Positions 63,126-64,000 of a stretch of 64,000 bases of DNA are shown here, in pieces. The stretch lies in assembly GCA_000320545.1 (NCBI GenBank), contig ADNK01002519.1, positions 62,001-126,000 on the forward strand, in the 5' to 3' direction. The stretch's first letter is position 1. Each line of letters opens with the position of its first letter. The position numbers were made by a program, and so were the translations under genes. The notes beneath the pieces were generated by a model. The model was not told where the DNA came from and did not search any database. It was given only the letters and a program-made list of their open reading frames with translations. The DNA is from Bigelowiella natans CCMP2755. Lineage: Eukaryota > Protista > Cercozoa.

Positions 63126-64000
63126 TTGAAGAGTAAGTAGAGTTAGACAAACAGGGGAATAGGCGGAGGACAGGAGCTGAAATTCACACTTTGCAGTAAC
63201 TCGATGGACTTTGAGGAAATAGTGGCTAGGGAAAAGAGCTTCTGGAGAGAGCTCAACTCCAACAAAAAAGCTAAAATGGATAAGGTTGAACAATTGAGTT
63301 TTAAGTGTATTTGCACGTTACGTTTCTTACATAACTGACATTCATACTTAAATCGATGGATGAGACCGCGTCCATGCATATGCTTCTGCTCAATTTCACC
63401 ATATCATTATGTATGTTGTATGCTTATCCAGCGTGCCTCAACAATACCTACATAGTATTTTTTTCGTGGAAAATGACTAGTTGGTATAACTCTTAGTGTA
63501 TGAACATGGTTAGTAGATACGTGATGTGCTTCTTCTGTGCTCAACATATTTTGTATGCATTGATGTCATATGTTTGCGTGTATGTTTCTGCCTCTGTGTA
63601 TAAAATATATTTACATATACCTAATATAACTCAGGATCGCTCCTGTAAGAGCCTCTGCTTTTCTCTACGTTGGGGTTTGCGGTCCACGCACCCGTGGTCA
63701 TCAGTTATCATGCGCCATCCTGGGGACTTTATGAACAGTCAAAAACGGCTAACAGCTCTGTTCGTCACACTTCTGAACACGACGGTTATCCACAGATTAA
63801 TTTTCAGACAAAATCTTCTGATGAATATCTGCTTTTAATGTTGGCAACTGTTGACCTGAATCTCTCTCATACTCATCTCGTATCCAGACTGTAGTCGCTC
63901 TTCTTCTCGGAACTAATCAGAGAATTTTATTCCTCAATAATTTCTACTCTACGATGATTGTTGCATTCATCATTGGCTACCCAATACCATTCACATTTGG
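57636..64000 (+). CDS. NHL-repeat + Ser/Thr/Pro stalk + REJ domain, polycystin-1-like membrane protein (3' end beyond the window)
   Basis: Signal peptide MFSLLSLLLWATELSTG; NHL repeats (KFDSPRSVVVD..LYVADS; FSSPFGV..LYVADYGNNVIR); PTxxP stalk. REJ motifs LILDGSNSRD, YTYSWQC and NAPPRLGICSATPSSGLALDTLFHFECSGWEDEDIPLRYRY. TM helix at ~62925-62995, then HPWSSVIMRHPGDFMNSQKRLTALF, resembling the PKD1-family pre-TM2 motif. Confidence 0.8.

Noticed and set aside
1-64000. rRNA, tRNA or other structured RNA genes
   Set aside because: None recognisable by eye; a tRNAscan-SE/Infernal run would be needed to exclude them.

Overview
Gene-dense nuclear DNA of a flagellated eukaryote, not a prokaryote. It has short GT-AG introns, many microsatellites, ciliary genes and signal+transit-type N-termini, which suggests a secondary-plastid alga such as a chlorarachniophyte (inference). 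Recognisable genes: MTHFR (3' part), H2A.Z, CFAP43, N-myristoyltransferase, a DASS/DiT-type dicarboxylate translocator, GnT-I/MGAT1, an L/F-tRNA-protein-transferase-like gene, ALG10 and B9D1. Also present: an LRR multi-pass receptor-like gene, an NHL-REJ polycystin-1-like gene (truncated by the window end), an 8-exon EF-hand/Cys-rich gene not resolved by the ORF track, and several hypotheticals. The most striking signal is non-coding. Sharply bounded islands have almost no TpA except inside CTAG: 55406-57170 has 4 TpA in about 1.77 kb, 3 of them in GCTAGC, and overlies a Tyr-less, TGA-interrupted pseudogene. Spacers downstream of gene 3' ends are loaded with (GCTA)n/CTAG. Together these suggest a targeted A:T->G:C hypermutation process, opposite in direction to fungal RIP. 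All counts and exon boundaries were read by eye and need computational confirmation.
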